Made by a program: the position numbers and the translations under genes. Shown piece after piece: positions 34,851 through 44,055 of a stretch of DNA of 64,000 bases; within the stretch, counting starts at the first letter, position 1, and the number at the start of each line of letters is the position of its first letter. The notes under the pieces were generated by a model. The model saw nothing but the letters and a program-made list of their open reading frames with translations. It was not told the origin of the DNA and made no database searches. Source of the DNA: Candidatus Saccharimonadota bacterium (lineage in GTDB: Bacteria > Patescibacteriota > Saccharimonadia > Saccharimonadales > UBA4665); contig JAQBRY010000002.1 of NCBI GenBank assembly GCA_028286245.1, forward strand, positions 142,779-206,778, written 5' to 3'.

Positions 34851-35396
34851 ATGCTAGATCATTTCGTGACAGCGCAAATAGTTGGCATTGTTGCAGTAAC
34901 TGTCTCGTTACTCTTATTCCAGTTTAATGATCGCCGGAAAATGCTCAACATTGGCGTCTGCTCGGCATTATTATGGACGCTGCACTTTTACCTGCTCGGT
35001 GCATACACCGGATCCGCCATGAATGGCATTAGCGCCATACGCGATCTTACGTTAGCTAGGACCAAACCAACCAGTAATAACCTGTGGATTTTAGGAGCGA
35101 TTATGCTGCTAGCGACGGCCGCGACGATCATTACATGGCACGGTATAGTTTGTATTTTGCCGCTGATTGCCTGCGGACTAAATGCTGCATCATTCTGGAG
35201 CACTAATACTAAAAGAATCAGAAGATTTTATTTGCTAGTGCCGCCGCTATGGTTTACTTATAACTTTTTCTCACATTCATATCCAGGCATGGCTATTGAA
35301 CTCATACTTGTGATCTCAAATATTGTCGCTCAATTTAGATTTGACCGCAAAAAGACCTCAAGGCGCAAACTGGCGACTAAGCTGCAGACATCATAG
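34851..35396 (+). CDS. YgjV-like inner membrane protein
   Basis: About 180 aa with 5-6 TM helices in the YgjV family style. The ATG at 34851 follows TATAAT at 34820-34825. The track's ATG at 34824 overlaps that -10. Confidence 0.55.
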   Translation: MLDHFVTAQIVGIVAVTVSLLLFQFNDRRKMLNIGVCSALLWTLHFYLLGAYTGSAMNGISAIRDLTLARTKPTSNNLWILGAIMLLATAATIITWHGIVCILPLIACGLNAASFWSTNTKRIRRFYLLVPPLWFTYNFFSHSYPGMAIELILVISNIVAQFRFDRKKTSRRKLATKLQTS

Positions 35397-35400
35397 TTCC

Positions 35401-35409
35401 AGTTCGAAC
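35401..35409 (+). repeat. AGTTCGAAC motif, copy 3 (core only)
   Basis: Lies 5 nt after the TAG stop of the YgjV-like gene. Confidence 0.4.
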
Positions 35410-35445
35410 ATCGTCCACTACTGCGCCCCGAGCATTAGTACATTA

Positions 35446-35472
35446 GAGACTCCTAGGAGTCTCATTTATTTT
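35446..35472 (+). terminator. rho-independent terminator
   Basis: Perfect 8-bp stem GAGACTCC/GGAGTCTC, 2-nt loop, then ATTTATTTT. Confidence 0.7.
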
Positions 35473-35553
35473 GCCCACATGCTACGGTAGCTATCCAGTA
35501 TTAGTCGATCCATGGTATAAATAAGATTAACTATTTAATGCGAATGAAGATCT

Positions 35554-36057
35554 ATGACTGATAACGAACTTCGTGATGTGCTCAATGCTTCGTTTAAAGA
35601 CCTCAAGGTTGGTATACACATTTATCAGCTGCAGGATATTAGTGACGACAAATCCCTGCGCATTGTTTATGCCAACGAGCACTCACAAACGTTAATCGGT
35701 CAAAAAATAGATGAAATGGTCGGCAAAACTATTGATGAATGCTTTCCGTCTATCCGCAGTAAGGGCGTGCCGGAAAAATATGCGCTGGTAGCACTAGGCG
35801 GCGATGCTATAGAGCTAGAAGATGTTTCGTATGAGGATTCACACATTCAAGGAGCCTTGGCAATTAATGCCTACTCCCTTCCCCACACCTGCGTTTGTGT
35901 AATGTTTGCCAATATTACCGCTCGAGCCCAGACCCAAGACGATATAAAAAAGCGCAACGATGAGCTGACGGCCCTGAACGAAATTATGGTTAACCGCGAG
36001 CTAAAGATGATTGAGCTAAAAGACCAAATTAATAAGCTAAAAATGCAGCTCAAATAA
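35554..36057 (+). CDS. PAS-like domain protein ending in an MVNRELKMIELK coiled coil, no output domain
   Basis: 167 aa. PAS-like core (IVYANEHSQTLIGQKIDEMVGKTIDECFP...). C-terminal LNEIMVNRELKMIELKDQINKLKMQLK (motif at 35986-36021). Confidence 0.65.
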   Translation: MTDNELRDVLNASFKDLKVGIHIYQLQDISDDKSLRIVYANEHSQTLIGQKIDEMVGKTIDECFPSIRSKGVPEKYALVALGGDAIELEDVSYEDSHIQGALAINAYSLPHTCVCVMFANITARAQTQDDIKKRNDELTALNEIMVNRELKMIELKDQINKLKMQLK

Positions 36058-36088
36058 ATTACAGCAACACTCAGTAATAAGCTGGCGG

Positions 36089-36490
36089 CTAGCTCGTTGA
36101 AGGTACATCGTTACGAGTGTAACCGGCAGTAATTTCTTCTACCATGTCGGCGATCTGCTTTGGATCGTATTCACTCTTAATGATGTACTTTACGGCACCC
36201 TTGCTGAGCGCGGTTTCAATATCATTTTCACCGGCAAGGTTAGATAACATAATGACGGGGATTGCTTTGGTAGCGGGATCAAGTTTTAATTTTTCCAGGA
36301 CTTCGATACCATTCATGACTGGCATCATCACATCAAGCAAAATGATGGTAGGCGAAACGGTCCGAGCCAATTCCAGTCCCTCCTGGCCATTGGCAGCCAG
36401 TACTACTTCGAACTTCTCGAAAGTAAATATTTTTTCATACATTCTCTGTATGAGTTGATCATCTTCTATAATTAGTACTTTTTTAGACAT
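36089..36490 (-). CDS. single-domain response regulator (receiver only)
   Basis: KVLIIEDD, ILLDVMMPVMNG (phospho-acceptor Asp), PVIMLSN, and K in VKYIIKS. No output domain. Confidence 0.9.
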   Translation of the reverse strand: MSKKVLIIEDDQLIQRMYEKIFTFEKFEVVLAANGQEGLELARTVSPTIILLDVMMPVMNGIEVLEKLKLDPATKAIPVIMLSNLAGENDIETALSKGAVKYIIKSEYDPKQIADMVEEITAGYTRNDVPSTS

Positions 36491-36552
36491 ATTTGATCTC
36501 CATCTGTTTAGTTATTGTAGCACTCTTAGTAGCAATACATCTAGCATACCTC

Positions 36553-38448
36553 TTATGCAGCAGGTAGTACCAGACTAAATGTTGAACCTTTACCAAGCTC
36601 AGACTTTTCGAGCTGGACAGTTCCATTCATCTGCTCGGTCATGAGCTTAGTAATATACAGCCCGAGCCCCGTGCTCCGGCTATCATCACGAGTAAGGATG
36701 TTGTCTGTGGCCTGCTGAAATTTCTGGAACAGCAGATGCTGATTGTCTACACTCAAACCCTTGCCCGTATCGGTCACTCTAAAGGTGACGGTCTTGCCGG
36801 TATTTTCTGCCGAGACTACTACTGAGCCCTCGTCGGTATATTTGATGGCGTTCCCTATCAAGTTTGTCAGAACTCCCTGGAGACGGCTCTTATCGGCAGT
36901 GACTTTATGAATGTCTTTAGGAATAGCAAGCGAAAGTGCCAGCTTTTTGTCACTTGCCATCAATTCCATATCGCTTACGACGCCCTTGATGACATCGGCC
37001 GTATCAACTGCCGTAAACTCAAAGACCGTCTTCTTTTGCTCGAGCCGCGACGTCGTCAGGAATTGATTAACAATACTTATCAGCCGAATCACCGAGTCGG
37101 TAATATCATCCATCATTTCGCTGGTTTCCTTGTCCTTGAACTTGTCCGCATGGAAAAGGCGGAGGAGCGACAGGTTGCCTCGTATGGCCGTTAGCGGCGT
37201 CCTGAGCTCGTGAGAGGCAATAGAAACAAACTCGTCCTTGCTCCTTTCGAGCATTTTTGATTCTGACATATCTTCGACCAAGAGCACCACACCAAGCGAA
37301 GAATGATCTTTTCTCATTTGAATAGACGAACCAAGGATACGTATATACCTTCCATTTATCATGAGGTTGTCAATTGTAAAAGGGCTACCTGTTGCCAGAC
37401 ATTTTTTTACAGACGCTTTAAGGTTACATGATGCTTTTAATTGGTGGGCAAGTTGGCTAAACAGATCAGCATGACGATTGCCCGCCAGCTCTTCGAAGCC
37501 GCATATCTTTAGGAAGGCCGGGTTGGAGAGGATCGAGCTACCATCACTCAGTGTCATCAAGAAGCCGAGGTCCAAGGTATCAATAGAAGCCTGCAGGCGA
37601 GCCTGCTCTTCGGCCAGCTCGCGGGTTCGCACTTCAATCTTTTTTTCAACATTGGCCTTCTCGTGCTTGAGTTGCTCTTGCAGGTCGTTGCTATCTTCGA
37701 GAATATTGGTGAGTGCAAACCTAGAGTTTTGTAGAAACTTATTGTTTTCCTCAGTGTGCTTAATAGTATCCTGTAATTGGAGTGTTAGCTGCTCCTTGCT
37801 TTTGAGCTCTTCAACAATCTTTTTGTTAGTTGCTGCCAGCAGCAGGCTCTGCTCCCGTACCACTCTTTGCGAGGCCTGCAGCGCGGCATCAAAAATACTA
37901 AGCATTATTCCAGTCAGGATAACTATGAGGCCGCTCTGTGCAAGCATAGAAGGGTCAACACTGAGCTTTATATAACCTAAATGTGCTGCGCCATAAATAG
38001 TAAATGTGGTTATCAGCGTAATAATACTCCAGACAATGCCGCCCAACCGTCCGAGCAAAAAGTGTGCATAGATCAGAACTAGCGGAGCGGCCAGAATGGT
38101 CTGTTGTGCCGAGGGACCGATATAACCTAGAAAAATATTAACACTCATTGCTGCAACATCCACATGGAATATGAGCCGATATTTACCGGTTGAACGCGAA
38201 ACAATTATAAGCGTAATGAATACTACTAATAATAAGGAGTTCCCAAAGATCGAAAGCGTGTCATGCTTAGGGATATGAATGGTAAATAGGGTGACCGCGA
38301 TAGCCAGGACGACTGCAAATAGAATTGCGGTAACAAAACGAAGCTTGCCAATAGTTTCGGGCGTATTATCGGGGTGGCCTTTTTTTACGAGCAGATTCAT
38401 AACAGGACGAATGGCGCGCAGCAGCCGATTTTGCGTCTTTACTTTCAT
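36553..38448 (-). CDS. membrane sensor histidine kinase
   Basis: About 6 N-terminal TM helices, a long coiled coil and a PAS-like segment. H-box SHELRTPL. N-box NLIGNAIKYT. G1 DTGKGL. G2 GLGLYI. Confidence 0.9.
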   Translation of the reverse strand: MKVKTQNRLLRAIRPVMNLLVKKGHPDNTPETIGKLRFVTAILFAVVLAIAVTLFTIHIPKHDTLSIFGNSLLLVVFITLIIVSRSTGKYRLIFHVDVAAMSVNIFLGYIGPSAQQTILAAPLVLIYAHFLLGRLGGIVWSIITLITTFTIYGAAHLGYIKLSVDPSMLAQSGLIVILTGIMLSIFDAALQASQRVVREQSLLLAATNKKIVEELKSKEQLTLQLQDTIKHTEENNKFLQNSRFALTNILEDSNDLQEQLKHEKANVEKKIEVRTRELAEEQARLQASIDTLDLGFLMTLSDGSSILSNPAFLKICGFEELAGNRHADLFSQLAHQLKASCNLKASVKKCLATGSPFTIDNLMINGRYIRILGSSIQMRKDHSSLGVVLLVEDMSESKMLERSKDEFVSIASHELRTPLTAIRGNLSLLRLFHADKFKDKETSEMMDDITDSVIRLISIVNQFLTTSRLEQKKTVFEFTAVDTADVIKGVVSDMELMASDKKLALSLAIPKDIHKVTADKSRLQGVLTNLIGNAIKYTDEGSVVVSAENTGKTVTFRVTDTGKGLSVDNQHLLFQKFQQATDNILTRDDSRSTGLGLYITKLMTEQMNGTVQLEKSELGKGSTFSLVLPAA

Positions 38449-39620
38449 GGTTTGTCTCCTGCTAGTTTTGCTTTTAAATCCTTTATTTCTTGTTTGAGTT
38501 CGATCATGCGGAGTTCACGGTTTACCATCAGTTTGTTTATAGATTCGAGCTCATTGGTGCGTCGCTCTAGCGCCTTACGGGCATCGTCAGTTTGTTTTAC
38601 AGAACTTGAGAGCCAGGCCTTTTGTTGCTGAGCAGTCACCAGTAAGTTTGCTATTCTGCCAAACTCCGTCTGCTGTTTAAGCAGCTGCTTGAGCTGGGTG
38701 ACTCTGCCTGTAAGCAGTGCATCGTAGACACGTCCTAATGGCCGCAGTACCCTGAGGTAGATCAGACCAAATATCAGGATGCAGAGTAGGGCGAATGTTC
38801 CAATCAACACATACATCTGGATATAAACACTCTTAAAGACAGTGCTCTGCGCCGAGTTGTCATACCTAACATAGTACTGGCCTTGTAGCGTACCGTCATA
38901 GGACCGGAGATCCCTGTAGAACGCCACAACGCCCTGCTGGGGCGTAAACTGCGTAGGCAGACTGCCTGGAGTGGCCGTGCTCTCTAGTGTCACCTGGTTA
39001 CGAGTATCGGTGCTGAGCTGCGCAAGGTAATCCTTGTCGATAACTCTCCCCACCATAAAATAGCCATAGGGCGGCCGGCTGTGAGCAGCATCGCTTGGGG
39101 CGTACACCACAACGCCAAATACTTCTATTAATCCGGCGTCCGTCTGTTTGTAAAAATGGGTGTAACTACTTTTTGCAAATATCGCCTGCACGTCCGTTGG
39201 GCTTAAGCTAAGGTCAAGCTGTTTATTACCTTGGGTAAAGTCATTGGCATTGCTGATAAGTTTATAGGCGGTATTATAGGTCCAAATCGCGTCAGCATGA
39301 TTGGACCGTATAGTTGCGTCGAAAAGGTCCTTAATATAGGCGTCCGGTGGTTTTTGTATAAACCGGGCCATATCACCCGCATACATAGGTTCAATGGTTG
39401 CCACCTTTAGCTGCTCGCTTTCAAGCTGACTTATCGTGTCAAAACTGTGCTGGCGCGCAACCGTTCGATCCTCATAGAGTAAGCTGCTACTGCTTTTTGT
39501 TTGGTGCACCATCACCAAGTAGGTAGCAAATAGTACTGCCAAGATAAGCACTGAAGCTGACAGCGTTCTAAAATTTGCCGTCCGCCATAACGGAAGTTTT
39601 TTGTAGGAGGGTTCCTGCAT
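38445..39620 (-). CDS. bitopic membrane sensor-like protein ending in an MVNRELRMIELK coiled coil, no output domain
   Basis: TM helix, a ~240-aa extracytoplasmic domain, a second TM helix, then a cytoplasmic coiled coil ending INKLMVNRELRMIELKQEIKDLKAKL (motif at 38493-38528). ATGA overlap with the kinase gene. Confidence 0.65.
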   Translation of the reverse strand: MQEPSYKKLPLWRTANFRTLSASVLILAVLFATYLVMVHQTKSSSSLLYEDRTVARQHSFDTISQLESEQLKVATIEPMYAGDMARFIQKPPDAYIKDLFDATIRSNHADAIWTYNTAYKLISNANDFTQGNKQLDLSLSPTDVQAIFAKSSYTHFYKQTDAGLIEVFGVVVYAPSDAAHSRPPYGYFMVGRVIDKDYLAQLSTDTRNQVTLESTATPGSLPTQFTPQQGVVAFYRDLRSYDGTLQGQYYVRYDNSAQSTVFKSVYIQMYVLIGTFALLCILIFGLIYLRVLRPLGRVYDALLTGRVTQLKQLLKQQTEFGRIANLLVTAQQQKAWLSSSVKQTDDARKALERRTNELESINKLMVNRELRMIELKQEIKDLKAKLAGDKP

Positions 39621-41227
39621 TATTCGACCTGTCTGACAAGATTCCTGGTTACAAAGTATACTGGCACAATACTCACTATCAGCAGGGCCGCAGTTAAGAT
39701 TCGGGTAAGCTGTACCGACCTCCCTGCTGTTTCGAGCAGGGAACTTTCTGTTTTATCAACAGACAATATGGCTACCGGCACCCCATCCGGATCGAGGATT
39801 GGTACAAATGCGCCGACCAGCTCCTGGTTGGCAAATGCCAAGCTCCCGCTATATACCTTATCTTTATGAAGCACTTGATTAACGATAGTCTTATTTGTGA
39901 GCACGGCGCCTACGGCACTATTTTTACCATCCGCACTGGTGCGAGTGGTTGCCGCCAGAACGTCTCCGGCATACAGCGAACTATCCAGCCCGGTTGCCCG
40001 CTTAATACCGCCAACAAAGGCCGTATCAAGGTTAAGACTGGTCGTGACCGTGCCTAGCAGCGTTCCGTCAACGGCCCGCACCGCCGCTACACTTCGTACC
40101 TGCAGCACCGGAATCGTAATTCCGTGTTCTACGATCACACCAGACTTATCGATACCCAGGAGGGCGCGCTTAACCAGTGGGTCACTGGAAACCGAGTCGC
40201 CCCAGCGGTCTGTATCAATCGCACGCAACAGCACTTGGCCGGCGTCGTCGGTAATCATTAAATCGGATTGTTTTTTAGATACCAGGTAATTTTTAGTGAG
40301 CGCAACGAGCGCTTGATGGTCTTTGTTGGTAACAGCGGCAATAATTTGTGCCGATCCGGCAACTTGCTCGGCGGCGCCGGCCGCCTCAGATTGCTTAGCT
40401 TCAAAAGCATAGCCGAGCACCTGCGTAGAGACCTCGAGGTTTGCCTGCGCATTGTGATGGATATCCCGTAATAACAGAGAGGTAAAGCCAACACTTACTA
40501 TTAAAAATACTGTGCCAATCGCTAGGATAAATATCATGAGTAATTGGCTAAAGAAACGCTTGGTTAAGTACCCCCACACCCAGTTACCGAGTAAGATTGC
40601 CCCGGCTAAAAGCACTACTTGCTGAATAACCCAGATCGGCCCAAATATTCTCACCCAGCTGTAGAGCGTTGGGTTACTGGTATCGTGCAGGCTTGTTAGC
40701 AGCGCTAACGCGTCCGATACGGCAAAGGCGGCAAAGGCATAGGCCACTTTTTTATAGTGTCGTTCCAACCCCTTGGTAGCACGGTTGTAGTACAACCACG
40801 CAATGTATCCACAGACGATGGGTAAGAGCCACTTGGCGCCTAGGCTCAGCGGAGCATACCAGGCTGTAGATTTTTTGGGCACTTCGGTTTCTTGCGGGCC
40901 ATACAGGCCAGTGAGTTTTGGTACTGGTTGGAGAGGGTCTATAAGCTGTGCGGCAACGATAGCCAAAAAGCCTGCGGCGCGGAGTACGGAAGCAGCAGTA
41001 TCGTACGGGCCGCTGAGAAGATCTTGATTAACAATCAGGGCCTGTATCAGGAATGAAACACCGACGCCTGCAAAACCTGCCCACTTTAATAGTTCTTTGG
41101 GAGCTCGTTTGTTCGACCACGCATCAAAATATAACCAGCTAACAGCAAAGAAGACCAGTGCCACAAACATATACAGTGCAAAATGTATATTCTGTTCAAA
41201 AAATTGTAACCACATACCACCACCCAT
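39620..41227 (-). CDS. polytopic membrane protein with Cache-like extracytoplasmic domain, no output domain
   Basis: About 7 N-terminal TM helices, a ~270-aa extracytoplasmic alpha/beta region and a terminal TM helix. TAATG overlap with the downstream gene. Confidence 0.6.
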   Translation of the reverse strand: MGGGMWLQFFEQNIHFALYMFVALVFFAVSWLYFDAWSNKRAPKELLKWAGFAGVGVSFLIQALIVNQDLLSGPYDTAASVLRAAGFLAIVAAQLIDPLQPVPKLTGLYGPQETEVPKKSTAWYAPLSLGAKWLLPIVCGYIAWLYYNRATKGLERHYKKVAYAFAAFAVSDALALLTSLHDTSNPTLYSWVRIFGPIWVIQQVVLLAGAILLGNWVWGYLTKRFFSQLLMIFILAIGTVFLIVSVGFTSLLLRDIHHNAQANLEVSTQVLGYAFEAKQSEAAGAAEQVAGSAQIIAAVTNKDHQALVALTKNYLVSKKQSDLMITDDAGQVLLRAIDTDRWGDSVSSDPLVKRALLGIDKSGVIVEHGITIPVLQVRSVAAVRAVDGTLLGTVTTSLNLDTAFVGGIKRATGLDSSLYAGDVLAATTRTSADGKNSAVGAVLTNKTIVNQVLHKDKVYSGSLAFANQELVGAFVPILDPDGVPVAILSVDKTESSLLETAGRSVQLTRILTAALLIVSIVPVYFVTRNLVRQVE

Positions 41228-41236
41228 ATTTTTTAT

Positions 41237-43516
41237 TTAATTTTCCACATATTTTACAATTTCAGCTTCGGACAACACGCCAACGACTCTCTTAGTAATC
41301 AGCCCGCTTTTATTAACAAAGTAATGTGTCGGGAGATACGAAGCGCCCAGTTTATTCAAGAATTCATTGGTGGTATCGGTGGCAACAGGCACACTATAGC
41401 CAGCAATTGAACTTACCGCAACCAAGTGAGCTAAGCTTTCGCCTGAGCTAACTGGGATTACTTTAAGTTCCGGATAGTGCCGTGCAGTGTCAGCTAGAAT
41501 TGGCATCTGGTCCTGTGATGCCGGTGACCAAGTAGAGACCAGGCTGATAACCGTAGGGTGTCCGAAGGTATCCACCAGGCTTACCATGCCCCCGTTGGTA
41601 AGTTTAAGCGAGAAATTCGGCAGGCGGAGCGGTACAGGATCCGAGGCCCGGTGTGTTCCACTTGCCTTCTGGGCAAGGCTGATCTCGGTGGTGCCAAAGT
41701 GGGGCATAGCAATGTGCGCACCAGCAATAGAAATCTCGTGGGCTGGCTTCATGGGTATATCGCTGCTCACGGGGCCGGGCGTGCGCAGGGTAAAGCTCTG
41801 CGTCACTGCCTTTTGATAACCGGGTTTTTCAGCCTTTAGATAGTACGTGCCAGCCGGTAGGTATAAGCTGTACCCGCTATTAGTAGTCGAGGTGAGCGGG
41901 TTGGATTGCCCGTAGGCATCGGCTGCCCAGGCTTGCCAATTGAGCGTGGCTGGATCGCGGGCATAAACAGAAATTTTTGCAGCCACCGATTTGCCACTAC
42001 TCGTGTCGATAGTTTTGCCCTTATTGTTAACGTAGATTGTGCCAATTGCCCGCTTAGTCTGGTTGCCAGCTCCGTCGAACGCCTTAACACTGAGCTGATA
42101 AATGCCGCCATCAGTAAAGCTGAGAGCGCCTGTCCATAAGCCGGTAGAAGGCGACCTCGCTAGGACAAATGAGTGAACGGTTGTACCGACTGCCTGTTTA
42201 GCAGAAGCTTCGATAGTAATATTGAGCGGGCCGCCAACAGCGCTTAAAACAATTCGTTCATCCACACCGGCTAGAGCGTGCATAGTACCGTCTAAATCGG
42301 GTCGGATAATCTGTGAGCCAATACTAACAGTGCTGCCGCCGACCGTTGGTGGCAGCCGGTCGATTACAATTTCGCCCAGTACTTTTACCGCCTGGTTGCG
42401 TGAGGTATCAGAGACACGAACAAGGAGTTGGTAGTTACCGTCGTCAAGGTTCTTTGGTGTAAAACTAAAGCTAACAGCCTTGGTGCCGAGCCCGGTTGTT
42501 TTGTCGGCCAGCAGCCAGTCCTGTCCGGCATCGGTTGAGTATTCAACCAGCGCCACGCCGGTATTATCGGTAGCGGTACCGGCGATGGTGGGAGCATCTT
42601 TATATACCTTAGAAAGCGTCGTGGTTGCCCCGATCACCGGTGGAACAGTCTCGGTAGGCTTAGCCTGAAAAAAGACGCTATGAGCGGTTTTAGGCTCAAC
42701 GGTCGTAGACGATGAGTTAGAGGTGCCTGTTGATACATTATTTTGTATTGTAATGATTGTAGGTGCCAGCGGTGCCTCAGGCGTTACAAAGGTATTATCA
42801 TCAGAAAAATAATTATTGCCGTTCTCGTCCGAGCCGGCAACTTTATAATGGTATACCGTATTGGGTGTGAGCCCCGACAGTACCACGCTGTGGCCACTAT
42901 CAGTACCGGCTACCGTCACCGTTCGGCCGTAACTGGCATCAGTACCGTAGTACACATAGCTGGTGCTGGGAGCCACGCTCGTCCAACTAATAGTTGCCGT
43001 GGTGGCACTCAAGTGCGTCAGACCGACGTTTGATTCACCATTAGGTGAAGGCGGTGCCTGGGGATTAGCAATCGTGGTTGTAATCTGTCCTCCGCAAGAA
43101 ACGCTACCGCTGCCATCACCGGTTGAGGAGGTACTAATTCCCCAATCGGCAGCCGGTTCTTCGCTGGGCCCGGTTTGCATGGCCAGTTGCAATGAATAGG
43201 TATTGCCCGGTGCCAGGCTTGAACCGGTCAGCGTGGTACCCGTTTCGCTGGTAGCATCAACCCAATTATCCTGCGATATACCGTTAACACTGTAGTTGAC
43301 ATCGGGCTGGTTAATTTGTATCCAGTTAATTGCCTGTGAGCCAGTGTTCTGAATATCAAACTGCAGAACCACTTCGGTGCCTGGTGGGACGTTATCGGGG
43401 GACACCACAGCATTACAGCCAGTTGCGGCTAAGGCGGCATGCGGAAACACACTTATTATAAGCACCGCTGTAATAACATACGGCCCACACCGACGTAGCC
43501 ATGTAATCATTAGCAT
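41237..43516 (-). CDS. large secreted multidomain protein: FN3/Ig-like/carboxypeptidase-regulatory-like domains plus a Cys-less TlpA/thioredoxin-like C-terminal domain
   Basis: Signal peptide from the ATG at 43516. FN3-like ISWTSVAPSTSYVYYGTDASYGRTV...LTPNTVYHYKV. YSLYLPAGTYYLKAEKPGYQ. The C-terminal FSLKLTNGGMVSLVDTFGHPTVISLVSTWSPASQDQMPIL carries WSPAS (41516-41530) in place of WCxxC. Confidence 0.7.
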   Translation of the reverse strand: MLMITWLRRCGPYVITAVLIISVFPHAALAATGCNAVVSPDNVPPGTEVVLQFDIQNTGSQAINWIQINQPDVNYSVNGISQDNWVDATSETGTTLTGSSLAPGNTYSLQLAMQTGPSEEPAADWGISTSSTGDGSGSVSCGGQITTTIANPQAPPSPNGESNVGLTHLSATTATISWTSVAPSTSYVYYGTDASYGRTVTVAGTDSGHSVVLSGLTPNTVYHYKVAGSDENGNNYFSDDNTFVTPEAPLAPTIITIQNNVSTGTSNSSSTTVEPKTAHSVFFQAKPTETVPPVIGATTTLSKVYKDAPTIAGTATDNTGVALVEYSTDAGQDWLLADKTTGLGTKAVSFSFTPKNLDDGNYQLLVRVSDTSRNQAVKVLGEIVIDRLPPTVGGSTVSIGSQIIRPDLDGTMHALAGVDERIVLSAVGGPLNITIEASAKQAVGTTVHSFVLARSPSTGLWTGALSFTDGGIYQLSVKAFDGAGNQTKRAIGTIYVNNKGKTIDTSSGKSVAAKISVYARDPATLNWQAWAADAYGQSNPLTSTTNSGYSLYLPAGTYYLKAEKPGYQKAVTQSFTLRTPGPVSSDIPMKPAHEISIAGAHIAMPHFGTTEISLAQKASGTHRASDPVPLRLPNFSLKLTNGGMVSLVDTFGHPTVISLVSTWSPASQDQMPILADTARHYPELKVIPVSSGESLAHLVAVSSIAGYSVPVATDTTNEFLNKLGASYLPTHYFVNKSGLITKRVVGVLSEAEIVKYVEN

Positions 43517-43605
43517 AATGTTACCTTGAAAACAGGAGTGAAACAAGCATGTGAAACGGCACGTAACAGATTAACTAATGATTGTGTGATCTGCTTCACT
43601 AAAGT

Positions 43606-44055
43606 TTACTGATTACCTTCCAGCGGGGTTATTTCCACAGGGCCCACATCAACGATTTTATCAATACTTGGCCGGTAAATAATAACCCGGCTATTCTTCT
43701 GATATATCAATAATTTATCACCGGTTTGGGTCTTTTTTAAGAATTTTGTCGTAATTTTTGAAGGGTCGGTAATAGTCGCCAAAGCGGGATCTTCATCAGT
43801 CGGTAAGAGGTAGTGTTTACTGACAAGGTTGATGACCGTGTGTACATCATTCATGTTACCGGCTTTTTTATGCGTCAGTGTTACAACAGTGATTACAGTG
43901 ATAGCCAGCACGGCAATGACCGCCACAGTAAGGCCCAGCCGGCGATTAAACCGATGTTGTGGCTTAGGCTTTTGCGGTACCATGTTTGGCCTTGGGCTAG
44001 AGCCTTTAATATCCATACTGCGTGGTGCAGGCCGAGTACTAGGGAGCTGACTCAT
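43606..44055 (-). CDS. small bitopic membrane protein, 149 aa
   Basis: Basic N-terminus, one TM helix (LTVAVIAVLAITVITVVTL) and a ~85-aa external domain. ATGA overlap with the upstream fibre-like gene. Confidence 0.55.
   Translation of the reverse strand: MSQLPSTRPAPRSMDIKGSSPRPNMVPQKPKPQHRFNRRLGLTVAVIAVLAITVITVVTLTHKKAGNMNDVHTVINLVSKHYLLPTDEDPALATITDPSKITTKFLKKTQTGDKLLIYQKNSRVIIYRPSIDKIVDVGPVEITPLEGNQ

Noticed and set aside
34776-35409. A second tRNA-flanked islet: CATAGTTC from the tRNA-His 3' end recurs after the YgjV-like gene (35392-35399)
   Set aside because: Only 8-9 nt match, which is within chance expectation, and there is no compositional shift.
37478-37975. 165-aa plus-strand ORF
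   Set aside because: It is antisense to the histidine kinase coiled-coil region. The product is Ser/Cys/Leu-rich low-complexity sequence.
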